A DNA stretch of 64,000 nt, taken from IMG/VR virus record IMGVR_UViG_3300048625_000299, positions 62,001 through 126,000 of that record. One strand, given 5' to 3'. The translations under genes and the position numbers were made by a program. Positions 38,445 to 48,850 of the stretch are shown one piece after another (the stretch's first letter is position 1; each line of letters starts with the position of its first letter). A model generated the notes under the pieces. The model was not told where the DNA came from and ran no database searches. It saw only the letters and a program-made list of their open reading frames with translations.

Positions 38445-38460
38445 AGCAATTATTTATCTG

Positions 38461-38489
38461 TTGCCAAACACACTGGTCTACGATACAAT
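38461..38489 (+). promoter_or_regulatory. sigma70 promoter TTGCCA-17-TACAAT
   Basis: Near-consensus; back-to-back with the late promoter. Confidence 0.7.
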
Positions 38490-38521
38490 TATTCCCATCA
38501 CTATAAATCAAGGAGTTTTCA

Positions 38522-38896
38522 ATGTTTTTTTTCAATTGCCGCGCAGAGCTTGATCAAGCGTTGTACGAAAACAAATGTCTTAAAGAGAAGGTCGAGCGCC
38601 TCGAGAACCGAATCATCCAGATCAATAAAGATCTCGCTGATGCTGAGAAGGCTGATGTCACCTCATCGACGTTCACAATCGATTTCAACAAGATGGACGT
38701 GTTCTCGATCGAACGCCATATTAAAGGCGACAAAGCTGTGACTATCGTTGGCCACTTCTTGCAAGAACCTGTCAAAGTAAACAACGACGTCTTCACATTG
38801 AACAAAATCACACGCGAGTGGAATCTGTCGTGCAGCCAAGAACAGCACGAGCGCTTGGTCAAAGATTTCACTGAATTCAAGAAGAAGCAAAAATGA
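38522..38896 (+). CDS. hypothetical coiled-coil protein
   Basis: AAGGAG SD. Confidence 0.7.
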   Translation: MFFFNCRAELDQALYENKCLKEKVERLENRIIQINKDLADAEKADVTSSTFTIDFNKMDVFSIERHIKGDKAVTIVGHFLQEPVKVNNDVFTLNKITREWNLSCSQEQHERLVKDFTEFKKKQK

Positions 38897-39069
38897 TTAG
38901 AATGATCCTGACCTTCGTGGTCCTGTTTGGTTGTTTCTTCTTCGGAATCAACGCAGTACGCCACATGAGTGGCAAAGACCAACTTGAGTTGGCAAAGTTG
39001 ATCGCACACAGTACAATGTGCTCTGTGCTTACGGTAATGGTCCTTATTGGATTCGTTATCTTGTTTTAA
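38893..39069 (+). CDS. 58-aa two-TM membrane protein (not in ORF track)
   Basis: MIRMILTFVVLFGCFFFG...VMVLIGFVILF; ATGA coupling. Confidence 0.7.
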   Translation: MIRMILTFVVLFGCFFFGINAVRHMSGKDQLELAKLIAHSTMCSVLTVMVLIGFVILF

Positions 39070-39087
39070 CTACCATAAAGGTATCAT

Positions 39088-39273
39088 ATGAAATATTTGG
39101 TTTTGATTCTCGCTGCAGCAGCTTTGACTGGCTGTGGTAAGATTGACCGCATGTTCGCATCATTCACTGGTGATGCATCGAAGACGTGTGTCGATGGTGT
39201 TACGTATCTCCAGTTCACATCTGGTGCTGCTCCTCAATACACAATTGACGGCAAACTTGTTTCTTGCAAGTGA
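39088..39273 (+). CDS. small lipoprotein
   Basis: Lipobox LTGC; CVDGVTY. Confidence 0.75.
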   Translation: MKYLVLILAAAALTGCGKIDRMFASFTGDASKTCVDGVTYLQFTSGAAPQYTIDGKLVSCK

Positions 39274-39284
39274 AAGGCAAATAA

Positions 39285-40076
39285 ATGAAACGCATTTTTA
39301 TTTTGGCTACGATTTTGTTCGGGATGTTCCTGACAGGTTGTACACGTATCGAAACTGGTACAGTCGGCTTGCGTGTCGATATGTCACGCCAGATTCAAGG
39401 CAACGAGCTGCAGCCTGGCACTTGGAACCAAACATTGATCGGTAGTGTGCTTGAATTTCAAGTACGATCGATTCCAACAGGTTGGGAAAACCTAACCCCA
39501 CAAACTGCAGACAACTCTACATTGAAAGATTTCGACGTCAACATTGTGTATGAGATCAATCCATCATCTGTCTCTGAATTGTGGACTACACAATCACGAA
39601 GCTTTCACACATATGAGCATGGCGATTATATGTTGATGCGCAATTATATGTCTCAAGTACTGAGCTCTGCTGCAGCTAAAGCTGTCCGCAAGTACAAAGC
39701 ATTGGAAGTTGCTGACAATCGTGAGAACATCGAGAAGTCGATTCACGACATCATGGTCAACATGCTAACGGAAGAAAAGCTCGAGAAAGCTCTTACTATT
39801 AGTCAGGTTCGTGTGACGAGCGCAACGCCAGCTGATGACATTGTGGCATCTGCTAATAACGCTGTCCGTGCTCAGAACGACTTGAAGACAAAGCAAGTTG
39901 AAGTACAGATCGCTCAACAAGAAGCGATTCGTATCCAGACTCTGAACAGCAATTCGCAAGCTATTCCATACATGAACGCAATGGCTCAGATGGAAATCGC
40001 TAAAGCTATCCGTGAAGGAAAGGTACACACAATCGTCGTACCTCAAGACTTCAAGGGTATCGTGAACGTCAAGTAA
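39285..40076 (+). CDS. SPFH/band-7 (prohibitin-like) lipoprotein
   Basis: LTGC-TRIETGTVGL; QTADN; C-terminal coiled coil. Confidence 0.88.
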   Translation: MKRIFILATILFGMFLTGCTRIETGTVGLRVDMSRQIQGNELQPGTWNQTLIGSVLEFQVRSIPTGWENLTPQTADNSTLKDFDVNIVYEINPSSVSELWTTQSRSFHTYEHGDYMLMRNYMSQVLSSAAAKAVRKYKALEVADNRENIEKSIHDIMVNMLTEEKLEKALTISQVRVTSATPADDIVASANNAVRAQNDLKTKQVEVQIAQQEAIRIQTLNSNSQAIPYMNAMAQMEIAKAIREGKVHTIVVPQDFKGIVNVK

Positions 40077-40093
40077 ACAACAACGAGGTCGAT

Positions 40094-40828
40094 ATGAATC
40101 AAAATGTATTCCGTGCGGTATTTGGTCTGGGGGCAGTTGCAATTCTTGCAATCCTTGCTCCAATCATCTGGGCCGCGGCAAGCGCTGGCGTTGGACTGAT
40201 TGCACTCGGTGTTATCGGCCTCGTTGGTATGGGCTTCATCCAAGCAATCCCATTGTTTGGACAGAAGATTGAAAACCGAATCCTTAAAGCTCGCAAGGCT
40301 GAGGCTCGTGAGAATCCGATCGAACAGTTACAAAACTTCTTGCGCCAAAAGGCTCAACAGGTTGCAGACTTTAAAACTGCAGTGACGTCGATTAACGCTC
40401 AGATCAAATCGTTGCAAGACATGGTTGCGCAGCGTAAGAAGGAACGTCCTGGATATGACGCATCTGCTCAAGAGAAGTCAATCCAAGCGATGATCGAAGC
40501 ATACAATGCATTGAAACAAAAGTACGTTAACGCTGAGAATGCTCTTGCTGAATTGAAGATTGCAATTCAGGATAAGGAATTTGAATGGAAGTTTAGCCAA
40601 GCTGGCCAAGCAGCAATGCAAAGCCTGAGTGCTTCGTCCGGTAAGGACTTGATGGAAGCGATGTTGGCAGACGAAGCATTGAGCTCTGTGACGTCTAACT
40701 TCAACCAAGTATTCGCTGAATTAGAAATGGAAGCGCAAAACTTGACCAGTGCAAAGCAACTGAGCTTTGATTCTGGAATGACGATCGATGTATCCGCAAT
40801 TAACCTGTCAGCAAAGGTGCCAGCATGA
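40094..40828 (+). CDS. two-TM coiled-coil protein, PspA-like region
   Basis: Two TMs, then ENPIEQL and long heptad helices. Confidence 0.65.
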   Translation: MNQNVFRAVFGLGAVAILAILAPIIWAAASAGVGLIALGVIGLVGMGFIQAIPLFGQKIENRILKARKAEARENPIEQLQNFLRQKAQQVADFKTAVTSINAQIKSLQDMVAQRKKERPGYDASAQEKSIQAMIEAYNALKQKYVNAENALAELKIAIQDKEFEWKFSQAGQAAMQSLSASSGKDLMEAMLADEALSSVTSNFNQVFAELEMEAQNLTSAKQLSFDSGMTIDVSAINLSAKVPA

Positions 40829-41112
40829 ACGTATTGAAACCATTCTTAGTATTTTGGGTCCTAGTTGCCTTGTCCGTTGCTGCCTTCGCTAAAGGCGGAG
40901 GTGGCGGAGGTGGTCATGGGGGTGGTGGGCATAGTAGTGGCAGCCACGCAAGCAGCCATTCATCTAGCAGCCACACGACATCTACAGCAAAGTCAGCACC
41001 CGCTCCAGCTCCTGTTGTAGTTCAACCAGTCCGTCCAACTCCGGTTGCCGTTCCACCAGCACGTGGGGGACAATCGGAAGAAGAAAAACGCAAGAAGCAA
41101 CAAGCAAAGTAA
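40825..41112 (+). CDS. exported Gly/His/Ser-rich low-complexity protein
   Basis: Signal peptide AFA-K; GGGGGGGHGGGGH. Confidence 0.7.
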   Translation: MNVLKPFLVFWVLVALSVAAFAKGGGGGGGHGGGGHSSGSHASSHSSSSHTTSTAKSAPAPAPVVVQPVRPTPVAVPPARGGQSEEEKRKKQQAK

Positions 41113-41121
41113 AGGTGTAGC

Positions 41122-41256
41122 ATGGACTTCTATAAAGTGTTAAAATATACGCTGTCGGTAGTGTTCATCATTATCGTTGGCTTAGCGATGGCAAGCATCG
41201 ACGATGGCGCATCGCAACCAGTTTCTCAACAACCTCAAACCAAGTTCAACTTCTAA
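41122..41256 (+). CDS. 44-aa single-TM protein
   Basis: Manual translation; AAGGT SD. Confidence 0.55.
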   Translation: MDFYKVLKYTLSVVFIIIVGLAMASIDDGASQPVSQQPQTKFNF

Positions 41257-41265
41257 GGAACAAAC

Positions 41266-42186
41266 ATGAAAAAGTATGTAATTGCAACATTGCTCGCTTT
41301 GAGCACACTTGGTGCATGTGCCGCACCAGCCAACGACGCTCCTGCTGCTGATTGCGATGGCGTCAAGTTCGCGACTGGTCCTAAGGGCAAAGGCTACTCC
41401 ACTCTGTATGCAGACTTGAATAAGCTGCTTGGTGGCAAGGTCGCGATGTGTGAATTGAACACAACTGGTGGTCTGGACAACTTGAACGCATTGTCGACCA
41501 AAGATGCTGACATCGGCATCGTTCAAATCGATACATGGAACGACATGAAGAATGGCGACGAAAACATCGCCAACCTGCAAGCAGTGATGCCATTGAATAG
41601 CAACTACTTGCACATCGTTACATCAGTTAATGGTATCCAAGGTGAAAAGAAATTCGGCTTGATCAAGGGCGACGTCAAGATGATCAACCGCTTCAGCGAT
41701 CTTCGCGGTCAACGAGTAGCAGTTGTTGGTTCTGCCCAATTGCTTGGCCGTAAGCTCGAGAAATCTGTTGGCTATGGTATGCAGTTCATTGACTCTAAGT
41801 CTGATGCTGAAGCGTTCGACATGGTCCGCAAGGGTCAAGTTGCGGCAGCAATGACCGTCAGCGGCTGGCCTTCTGGCACCGTCAAGCAACTGAGCCAAGC
41901 TGATGGTCTGACTCTGGTACCGTTTGATGCTCCTATCGGTGAGCCATACAAAGTGAAAGCGCTGAACTACAAGAACATCGCTGTGTATAACAACAACTCA
42001 CTGGCAATCCCTAACGTGTTGGTTTCTCGTTCATTCTCTGGTCAACGTGCAGCAAATGTTGCAGCAATCCAAGCTGGCATCGTACGTAACCTGACTGAAT
42101 TGAAAGAAGGCAACTACCAACCAGCTTGGAACGAAGTCAACCCGAATGCAGCCATCAACGGTATGGCTAAGTTCAAGGCAAAGTAA
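41266..42186 (+). CDS. TAXI-type (TRAP) periplasmic solute-binding lipoprotein
   Basis: ATGPKGKGY, TTGGLDNL, GIVQ, LHIV, SDLRGQRV. Confidence 0.85.
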   Translation: MKKYVIATLLALSTLGACAAPANDAPAADCDGVKFATGPKGKGYSTLYADLNKLLGGKVAMCELNTTGGLDNLNALSTKDADIGIVQIDTWNDMKNGDENIANLQAVMPLNSNYLHIVTSVNGIQGEKKFGLIKGDVKMINRFSDLRGQRVAVVGSAQLLGRKLEKSVGYGMQFIDSKSDAEAFDMVRKGQVAAAMTVSGWPSGTVKQLSQADGLTLVPFDAPIGEPYKVKALNYKNIAVYNNNSLAIPNVLVSRSFSGQRAANVAAIQAGIVRNLTELKEGNYQPAWNEVNPNAAINGMAKFKAK

Positions 42187-42239
42187 GATAACCCCCGCAG
42201 TGTGCGTAAGGGCAACGTCAATAAGTCCCTTCCGATAAT

Positions 42240-42359
42240 ATGCAAGGAATCTTAATCTCAATTGGTCTGATCACGTTTGCAACCGTATTCGTGATTTCCG
42301 CATATAAGTCAGTCGCTAAGCTGACTGAACAACACAACCAAAGCACAAGAGCAGAATAA
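42240..42359 (+). CDS. 39-aa single-TM protein
   Basis: MQGILISIGLITFATVFVISAYK... Confidence 0.5.
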   Translation: MQGILISIGLITFATVFVISAYKSVAKLTEQHNQSTRAE

Positions 42360-42360
42360 C

Positions 42361-43317
42361 ATGGAACAAAAAGTGAAACGTGGCTTCAAGCGCAAGACGA
42401 TCGAACAAACAATCCGCAACAAAATGAAGGGTTGGTTTGCATCGATTGACGATATTGAGTTGCGTGACGAATTGAAGAAGCACTACATCGTCACTGGTGG
42501 CGCAATCACTTCGATGTTGCTTGGTGATTTGCCTAACGACTACGATGTGTATATCGATAATGTCGACACAGCAGCAAAGCTCGCAAACTACTACGTCAGC
42601 CGTTTGCCATCGTCTGACAACGAATGCACGAAGACTCCAATCGTCTCTGTTCCACCAGAAGGTGGTCGTGTCGAGATTAAGGTCCAATCTGCTGGCATTG
42701 CTGGTGAAGAAATCGACCAAGATGGATATGAGTACTTCGAGATGTATCCAGACGCGACTAGTCGCACCATGGCATACCTGGAAGGCGCTGCAGCGAAGAG
42801 CACAGGCAAATATACTGCACTTGCAATCACAACAAACGCAATTACGCTGTCTGATCAAGTTCAAGTGATCTTGCGGTTCGTTGGTCCTGCAAATGAGATC
42901 CACAAGAACTACGACTTTGTCCATACGACAAACTACTTCACTGAAGAAGAAGGCGTTATGTTCCAACAGGATGCATTGGAATCTATCCTTGCTCGTGAAT
43001 TGAAGTATGTTGGTAGCCGCTATCCAATCTGCTCATTGTTCCGCATCAAGAAGTTCATCAAGCGTGGTTGGACAATCACTGCTGGTGAAATGTTGAAGAT
43101 CGCATATGATGTTGCGAAGCTCGACCTCGACAATCCAGTTGTGTTGCAAGATCAACTGACTGGCGTTGATGCTGCATACTTTAATCAGATCCTCCGACTG
43201 ATCAAAGAAGAGAACAAGCCGATCGAACGTACATACTTGTTCGAATTGATTAACCGTGTATTCGATGAAGACGACGACATCGATGCAGCTGCAGAAGGAA
43301 CGACAGATGTTCAATAA
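42361..43317 (+). CDS. Pol-beta-superfamily nucleotidyltransferase
   Basis: TGGAI...NDYDVY; YDFVH; RIKKFIKRGW. Confidence 0.8.
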   Translation: MEQKVKRGFKRKTIEQTIRNKMKGWFASIDDIELRDELKKHYIVTGGAITSMLLGDLPNDYDVYIDNVDTAAKLANYYVSRLPSSDNECTKTPIVSVPPEGGRVEIKVQSAGIAGEEIDQDGYEYFEMYPDATSRTMAYLEGAAAKSTGKYTALAITTNAITLSDQVQVILRFVGPANEIHKNYDFVHTTNYFTEEEGVMFQQDALESILARELKYVGSRYPICSLFRIKKFIKRGWTITAGEMLKIAYDVAKLDLDNPVVLQDQLTGVDAAYFNQILRLIKEENKPIERTYLFELINRVFDEDDDIDAAAEGTTDVQ

Positions 43318-43780
43318 GAACCTAGCACCGATCGTCGACTTGATGATCAATTCGTTGGGTGAGCATAGCAATGAGTTCCGTGCTCAATTTGGTCGCGATC
43401 GATACTCATCGTTCATTCGTGAGTATCGGACGGTCGATCTCCGCGTGCCCCGTCAAACGGGCAAGACGTCAATCCTGATCAATAAGATGATGGAGCAGCC
43501 ATCGATCATGTTTGTCCATAACGTCATGGCGCGCGAACGCCTGCGTCCAATCGAGCACCTCTGGGGAAGCAATGTCCATACTCGTCCAGAGTTGGATTAC
43601 CTCGATCGCATCCGAGCGAAGTATTATTCTAGACTTGAACTGCAGTTTGAATGCTTGATGGTAGATGAGCCCGCTTTCCACACCAAAGCGCAAGAAAGCA
43701 ACTTGAACGAATTCATCGATTTCTTACACGGCCGTCAATTGGTCGCAGATAAATTTTATGTATTGAAGCTCGGCACATGA
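43307..43780 (+). CDS. small P-loop NTPase resembling a terminase ATPase fragment
   Basis: PRQTGKTS; LMVDE. Confidence 0.7.
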   Translation: MFNKNLAPIVDLMINSLGEHSNEFRAQFGRDRYSSFIREYRTVDLRVPRQTGKTSILINKMMEQPSIMFVHNVMARERLRPIEHLWGSNVHTRPELDYLDRIRAKYYSRLELQFECLMVDEPAFHTKAQESNLNEFIDFLHGRQLVADKFYVLKLGT

Positions 43781-44061
43781 ACATTTCCTTAGACTACGAC
43801 AACACATACACGCGCGATCCTGTGATGTGGGATGCGATCGTCGATATGATGAAGCGCTATGGCCACACTGTGTATGTTGTCACGATGCGTTACCCAAGCG
43901 AAGGTGCAGAGGTAGAGAAGTATCTTGCCGATAAGGTCGAGCGAATCATCTATACATCGCGCAAAGGTAAGATGGACTATGTCCAACAACAGTTGCTGTC
44001 AATCGACATTTGGATAGATGATATGCCATGGTTCATTGTTAATGATGCAAAGATGGCATGA
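43777..44061 (+). CDS. minimal HAD-family phosphatase
   Basis: DYDNT, VTMR, K, IDDMP. Confidence 0.8.
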   Translation: MNISLDYDNTYTRDPVMWDAIVDMMKRYGHTVYVVTMRYPSEGAEVEKYLADKVERIIYTSRKGKMDYVQQQLLSIDIWIDDMPWFIVNDAKMA

Positions 44062-46523
44062 AGTACTTTTACTACTGTAATAGCTGGGAAAAGTCCGAGC
44101 CTGACGGTGGAGAGTATCTGTTCAGCGTCGAACATGCAGCATGTGATGATCAATGGGAATATGATTGGTTAGTCGAGAAATGTGCTGAGGACTACTATAG
44201 TAACCACGATGGATGGGAGCACCGGTCGTGGCCCAATAACTATATTGAATTCTGGTTGTATGATGAAAACAAAAAGATGATTGGCACATATAATGTATAC
44301 CTCGAATATGAGCCGTCATTCTCAGCACATAAACAAAAATGAAAACACGATTGTTAGAAAAATGGAATGCAATCCCAGTTCATCTGAAGCTGTGGACAGT
44401 ATTACTAGCTCAGATCTGGTTCTGGCCACAGTGCTACGACCAACACATGCCCGGAGGTATTGGTATTTCATTATTCATTACTAACTGCATATTCGTAATT
44501 GCTAATGTGATCAAGTTGGTAAATTCATACGATGAGCCTGTGAAAGACGATCGTTGGTAATATGAAAGCATTCTTACATGGAAAGATTCATGCCAAGAAG
44601 TACGGTGGGCATCCAGACGATTATGCAGACATCGATGACTTCATCGACTCGACCAAACAAGCAGTTGCTGATGTTAGACACCGAGCAATCCTACACTCAG
44701 CTTTTGGGTGCTTTCTTGTTGAACGAATGTTTGGACGAACTCGTATTAACTCAGAGGGTAAGGAATACTCCCCCCGAGATGTGGCTGAAGACCACATTCA
44801 GCAAGACCTAGGATTCATTCCTACGATGGAGCAGTACCTGAACTGTATGAGCATCGAGCCATGGATGTCGGGTACCGAAAAGAAGAACAACGCACGCAAA
44901 TATATTTCACTTGAGGACTAATATGAAAATTGAAAGCATTAGCATCATTCCTATGATTAAGGAAACAATTTTTGAAGAGCCAACACTACCAACGCCTGAT
45001 GAGACGTTCAATGTTGTCGATACTTTTGAAGAGTGGGTTGAGCAGTATGCGAAAGTCACTAATGCGATGATCGGCAACGATCATGTTGTCAACATTGATT
45101 TGGCCGCAGTTATCAGCCCATATGCAGCGCGCTACATGATGGCTCCTGTTGCTTTGTATAAGGGTCAATCGCTGATGGCCAAGTCGCGTGGGTGCGCAGA
45201 TGTCCAAGAAGCGATTGATGAGTTCAAAAAACTTAACGAAGAAGGATATGATGTAGTATTATACACGTGCTCTAATATGAGAGTTGATACACACGCTGGC
45301 GATCACAAGACATCGCACATTGTCCGTTACGCAGAATTGAAAAGAGATTAATATGAACACAATCATTCCAGCTGGCTATCGCATCGAATGTAATACATGG
45401 GAAAATGACGCCGACAACTACCGAACGAATTACGCAGAGGGGTTGACGAAAGAAGAAGCCAAGCTCACCGTCGACTTGCTGTTGTTGCTAGACGGAGAGC
45501 ACGGCAATATGTACGAGCCATCTGAAACTGAGCTTGACAACTTTGCAGACGCTATCAAGAAAGTGCTCGCCAAGCATGCTGGCCATGCTGATCTTGGGGA
45601 TCTGGACCTGGACAACAATGATGAGGTCACCGACTTCTTCCATGAGTATACGTACGATCTTACTGGTAGCAGCGAGCACTACTATACGCGTGTGTTGGAC
45701 TCTTTCAAAGTCAACTACATTCCACAACAAATCGAGATGATCGATGTAACAGGAGAATTTGGTGTCTAAGATTACAAGCGAACAACTGAAGAAGCTCGAT
45801 GATGCATACATTAACATCATGATGAGTGCTGAACTTGGCTGGGAAGTTACCATTGGAGGTAATGGCTACAATTCACATGAAGCTGCTGGGGTGATCAGTG
45901 GCGTATATGACCTTCTTGGATTAACAGAGCCGGAATATTCCGAAGAAGAATTGAAACAATTCGTCATTGATTGTGGCGAAGATCCAGATGATTATCTTTA
46001 AACTGAAAGGCAAACTATGAGCGACCTCCAAACAGCATTCGATAAATTGATCGAAGAACAAAACGAATTGACCAAGCGTTTCCAAGAAACAGCACAAAGT
46101 CTGTTCAAGGAAACAACGAAAGAATTCTTTGCGAAGAACCCAGGCGTCACTGCAGTCGTGTGGACACAATATACGCCATACTTCAATGATGGTGAGGCTT
46201 GTGAATTCAGCGTACATGAACCATACTTCACAAACGCTACTGCTGAGCAATTTGAAGACATCAGCAATTGGGGTGAGTATGACGGCGACGATGAAACTGT
46301 GTGGTCTGAAACAGATTGGATCTTGTGTGGTGAATCCGACTACTGCAAAGAGCGTCGTGGCAATATGAAGCTGGACGGTATCGACTCGTCAACAATCCAA
46401 CACTTCTCAAAGATGATCCAATCGTCTGAAATGGAAGACGTGATGGAAGCTATGTTTGGCGATCACGTACGAATCGTTGCTACACGCGAAGGATTCGAAG
46501 TCGACGACTACAGCCACGATTGA
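44058..46523 (+). other. run of hypothetical ORFs (44058-44342; 44339-44560 TM; 44562-44921 His-rich DUF6915-like; 44923-45351; 45353-45769; 45759-46001; 46017-46523)
   Basis: Coupled, co-oriented; HRAILHS...AEDHIQQD motif in 44562. Confidence 0.7.
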
Positions 46524-46548
46524 TATTTTGGCTGGACAGTAGTATACT
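46520..46548 (+). promoter_or_regulatory. sigma70 promoter TTGATA-17-TATACT; predicted leaderless for ORF 46555-46827
   Basis: ATG 7 nt after the -10 box. Confidence 0.65.
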
Positions 46549-46964
46549 CGGCGTATGAAAACATTTCACCGCGAAACAATTGAACAAGGCACGATGCTGA
46601 CACCAGCACGTATTGGATTCCATAAGATCATGGACCGATATGTTGAGGATTGTCCAGTTGGATATGTCCTTGCCATTCGTCTTCCTATCAACCGATGGAA
46701 GACGTGGTATTGTGTTGAAACGCACCAAGAGAAGCAAGGAATGGCCGAGTATACTGCATACTTCATTTACTATAATTGGCCGCGAAAGTTTGTACGTAAG
46801 GTGTACTGGGAGCCAGTAGGTGTGTGAGCCATTTGTTGATGATATGGGTAGTTTGATATATCCATACACTCTAGGTGTAGGAACATTTCGTTCACGATTG
46901 TTCTTCCACCGATCACTAGAAGGCGCTTGCTCAATGGCAACTGCATATATGTTGGAATTTGGAA

Positions 46965-47486
46965 ATGACTAAAAGAATTTTCGTTGATATGGATGGAGTG
47001 TTGACCAACTTCAACCTCCGCTATACAGAACGATTTGGTATCACGCCGGCCGAAGTGCGTAAGTCCGCTGACCGTAAGCTGTATTCCAAATATTGGAATC
47101 AGTTTGTCGATGGACGAGAGTTTACAACACTTGACAGCTTTCCGGGCGTCAACGATATGCTCAACTTTATTCGCGATCAGCGCGATAAGCACAAAGCACA
47201 AGTAATGATCCTCACTTCGAGTGGTGGATATGAGCGTCACACCGATGTGCAAGAGCAAAAGCTGATATGGCTTAAAAAGCACGGAATTGAATTTCCAGCC
47301 ATCGTTGTGCCTGGCCGTGGATTTAAGTCTGGCTTTGCAAGCTCATCATCATTCATCATTGATGATACTACAGATGTCGTTGAGAACTTCATTGCAAAGG
47401 GTGGGTTCGGCATCATCCACACCACAACGGAAAAATGGAACACATGCTATACGCTAGAGCGTTGGTTGGAAGGCAAACATGAGTGA
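46965..47486 (+). CDS. HAD 5'(3')-deoxyribonucleotidase-like protein
   Basis: FVDMDGVL, LTS, K..W, IIDD. Confidence 0.87.
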   Translation: MTKRIFVDMDGVLTNFNLRYTERFGITPAEVRKSADRKLYSKYWNQFVDGREFTTLDSFPGVNDMLNFIRDQRDKHKAQVMILTSSGGYERHTDVQEQKLIWLKKHGIEFPAIVVPGRGFKSGFASSSSFIIDDTTDVVENFIAKGGFGIIHTTTEKWNTCYTLERWLEGKHE

Positions 47487-48328
47487 TGAGTATGATGACA
47501 ATTTTGATGAAAACGGCTCGTTCATTGTCAACCTAGAGCAGATCATCGCGAGTAAGGATATCCTTGCAGTCACTAAGATGACTGCGTTGGAAATCAAAGC
47601 AGATGGATACCTTACCGTAGGTAGATACTTGCAACGTCTGTCGGACTTCGACCTGCACGACTTGATGTCAATATGTGAGAATGTTAAAGATGAGCAGAAT
47701 GATCAAATTGGCGATGTGTTGTTGATTGCTGAAATGCTCGCAACTGCTGAAGGTCTCGAGCCAGGTACGCCAGCAGGGATTGCTCAACGAATGAATGCAT
47801 TTATTATGCTACTGACAATCGAATCGCTCCATCGCAAAGGTCTCGTGAAAGCACACCACAACAATATGTCGCTCGGCGAAGATGCTGGTAATAAAGTGAT
47901 CGTGGAGAAAATCAAATGAGCATCCTAGAATTCCTTAATAGAGCAGTGTCGTTCCTTGGATCGATCCTGCCATATGGATTTGGATTGCTTATGATACTGA
48001 CTATCTGGGGGTATATGTCCCAAGAAGAATATAACGACGACGAAATTACATTTACTGTATCTTGTAAGACTGTGTTGAGTGATATGGATCACTATCCGAA
48101 TTATGTGTTGAATTATTGTATGGATCGAAGGAGTGAGTTGAAATGAGTAACGCTTGGAATTATATGGTGGATCAGTTGTCTGGGGACCTCGACTTCCTCA
48201 AAGAAAAAGATGACAAATATGTATCGGATGCCACGTCGATTATCGTAGAGAGCGTATTGTTGTCGCCCGACTCAATCATCTCATATACTCCTATTCAGTG
48301 GAGCAAGACACAGTCAGAAGGTGTTTGA
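47479..48328 (+). other. hypothetical ORFs 47479-47919, 47916-48146 (TM), 48143-48328
   Basis: Coupled starts and stops. Confidence 0.65.
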
Positions 48329-48693
48329 TGAGTGTACTAACATCTGCTGCTAAGAAGACAGCTAAAGAGATTGGACAAGCGGTATTGTTCTTGTCTGCGA
48401 TTGCATCATTCATTGTGGTTTCATTAGTATCGCCTGGATGGGCTGCAATCTTATTGATAACAGTATTAGTACTAGGAACATTCTATGGCAACTACAAAGA
48501 AGCCCGCCGTGAAGAAGAGCTCGAAGAAGCCCGCGCCCACAACAAAAAGCGTATCGAAGACATCTGGGCCCGCGTCGAAGAAACTGGCAACGTCTTCGAA
48601 ACCGGTAGCTCCCCCAAAGCCGGCAGTGAAGTCAAAATCAGCTGCACCGGTACCGGTGGTCGTTCCGGATGTGGAGATAAGTCCACCGTTTGA
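48328..48693 (+). CDS. two-TM membrane protein
   Basis: Two hydrophobic helices then a charged helix; TGATG coupling. Confidence 0.65.
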   Translation: MSVLTSAAKKTAKEIGQAVLFLSAIASFIVVSLVSPGWAAILLITVLVLGTFYGNYKEARREEELEEARAHNKKRIEDIWARVEETGNVFETGSSPKAGSEVKISCTGTGGRSGCGDKSTV

Positions 48694-48850
48694 AATCACG
48701 GCCAAGTGGACGTTCAAAAGCAATGATGAACTGGTGACACAGGCCGTATATGAGTCTATAATGAAGGACCATGATGCATGGATCATCGAGCAAGCAACTG
48801 CTGCTAAGATCGCTGACATGCCTGAGAAGAAGACAAGGAAAAAGAAATGA
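48485..48850 (+). CDS. Lys/Pro/Ser-rich basic protein overprinted on the previous gene
   Basis: AGGA SD; MATTKKPAVKK; coupled to 48847. Confidence 0.6.
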   Translation: MATTKKPAVKKSSKKPAPTTKSVSKTSGPASKKLATSSKPVAPPKPAVKSKSAAPVPVVVPDVEISPPFEITAKWTFKSNDELVTQAVYESIMKDHDAWIIEQATAAKIADMPEKKTRKKK

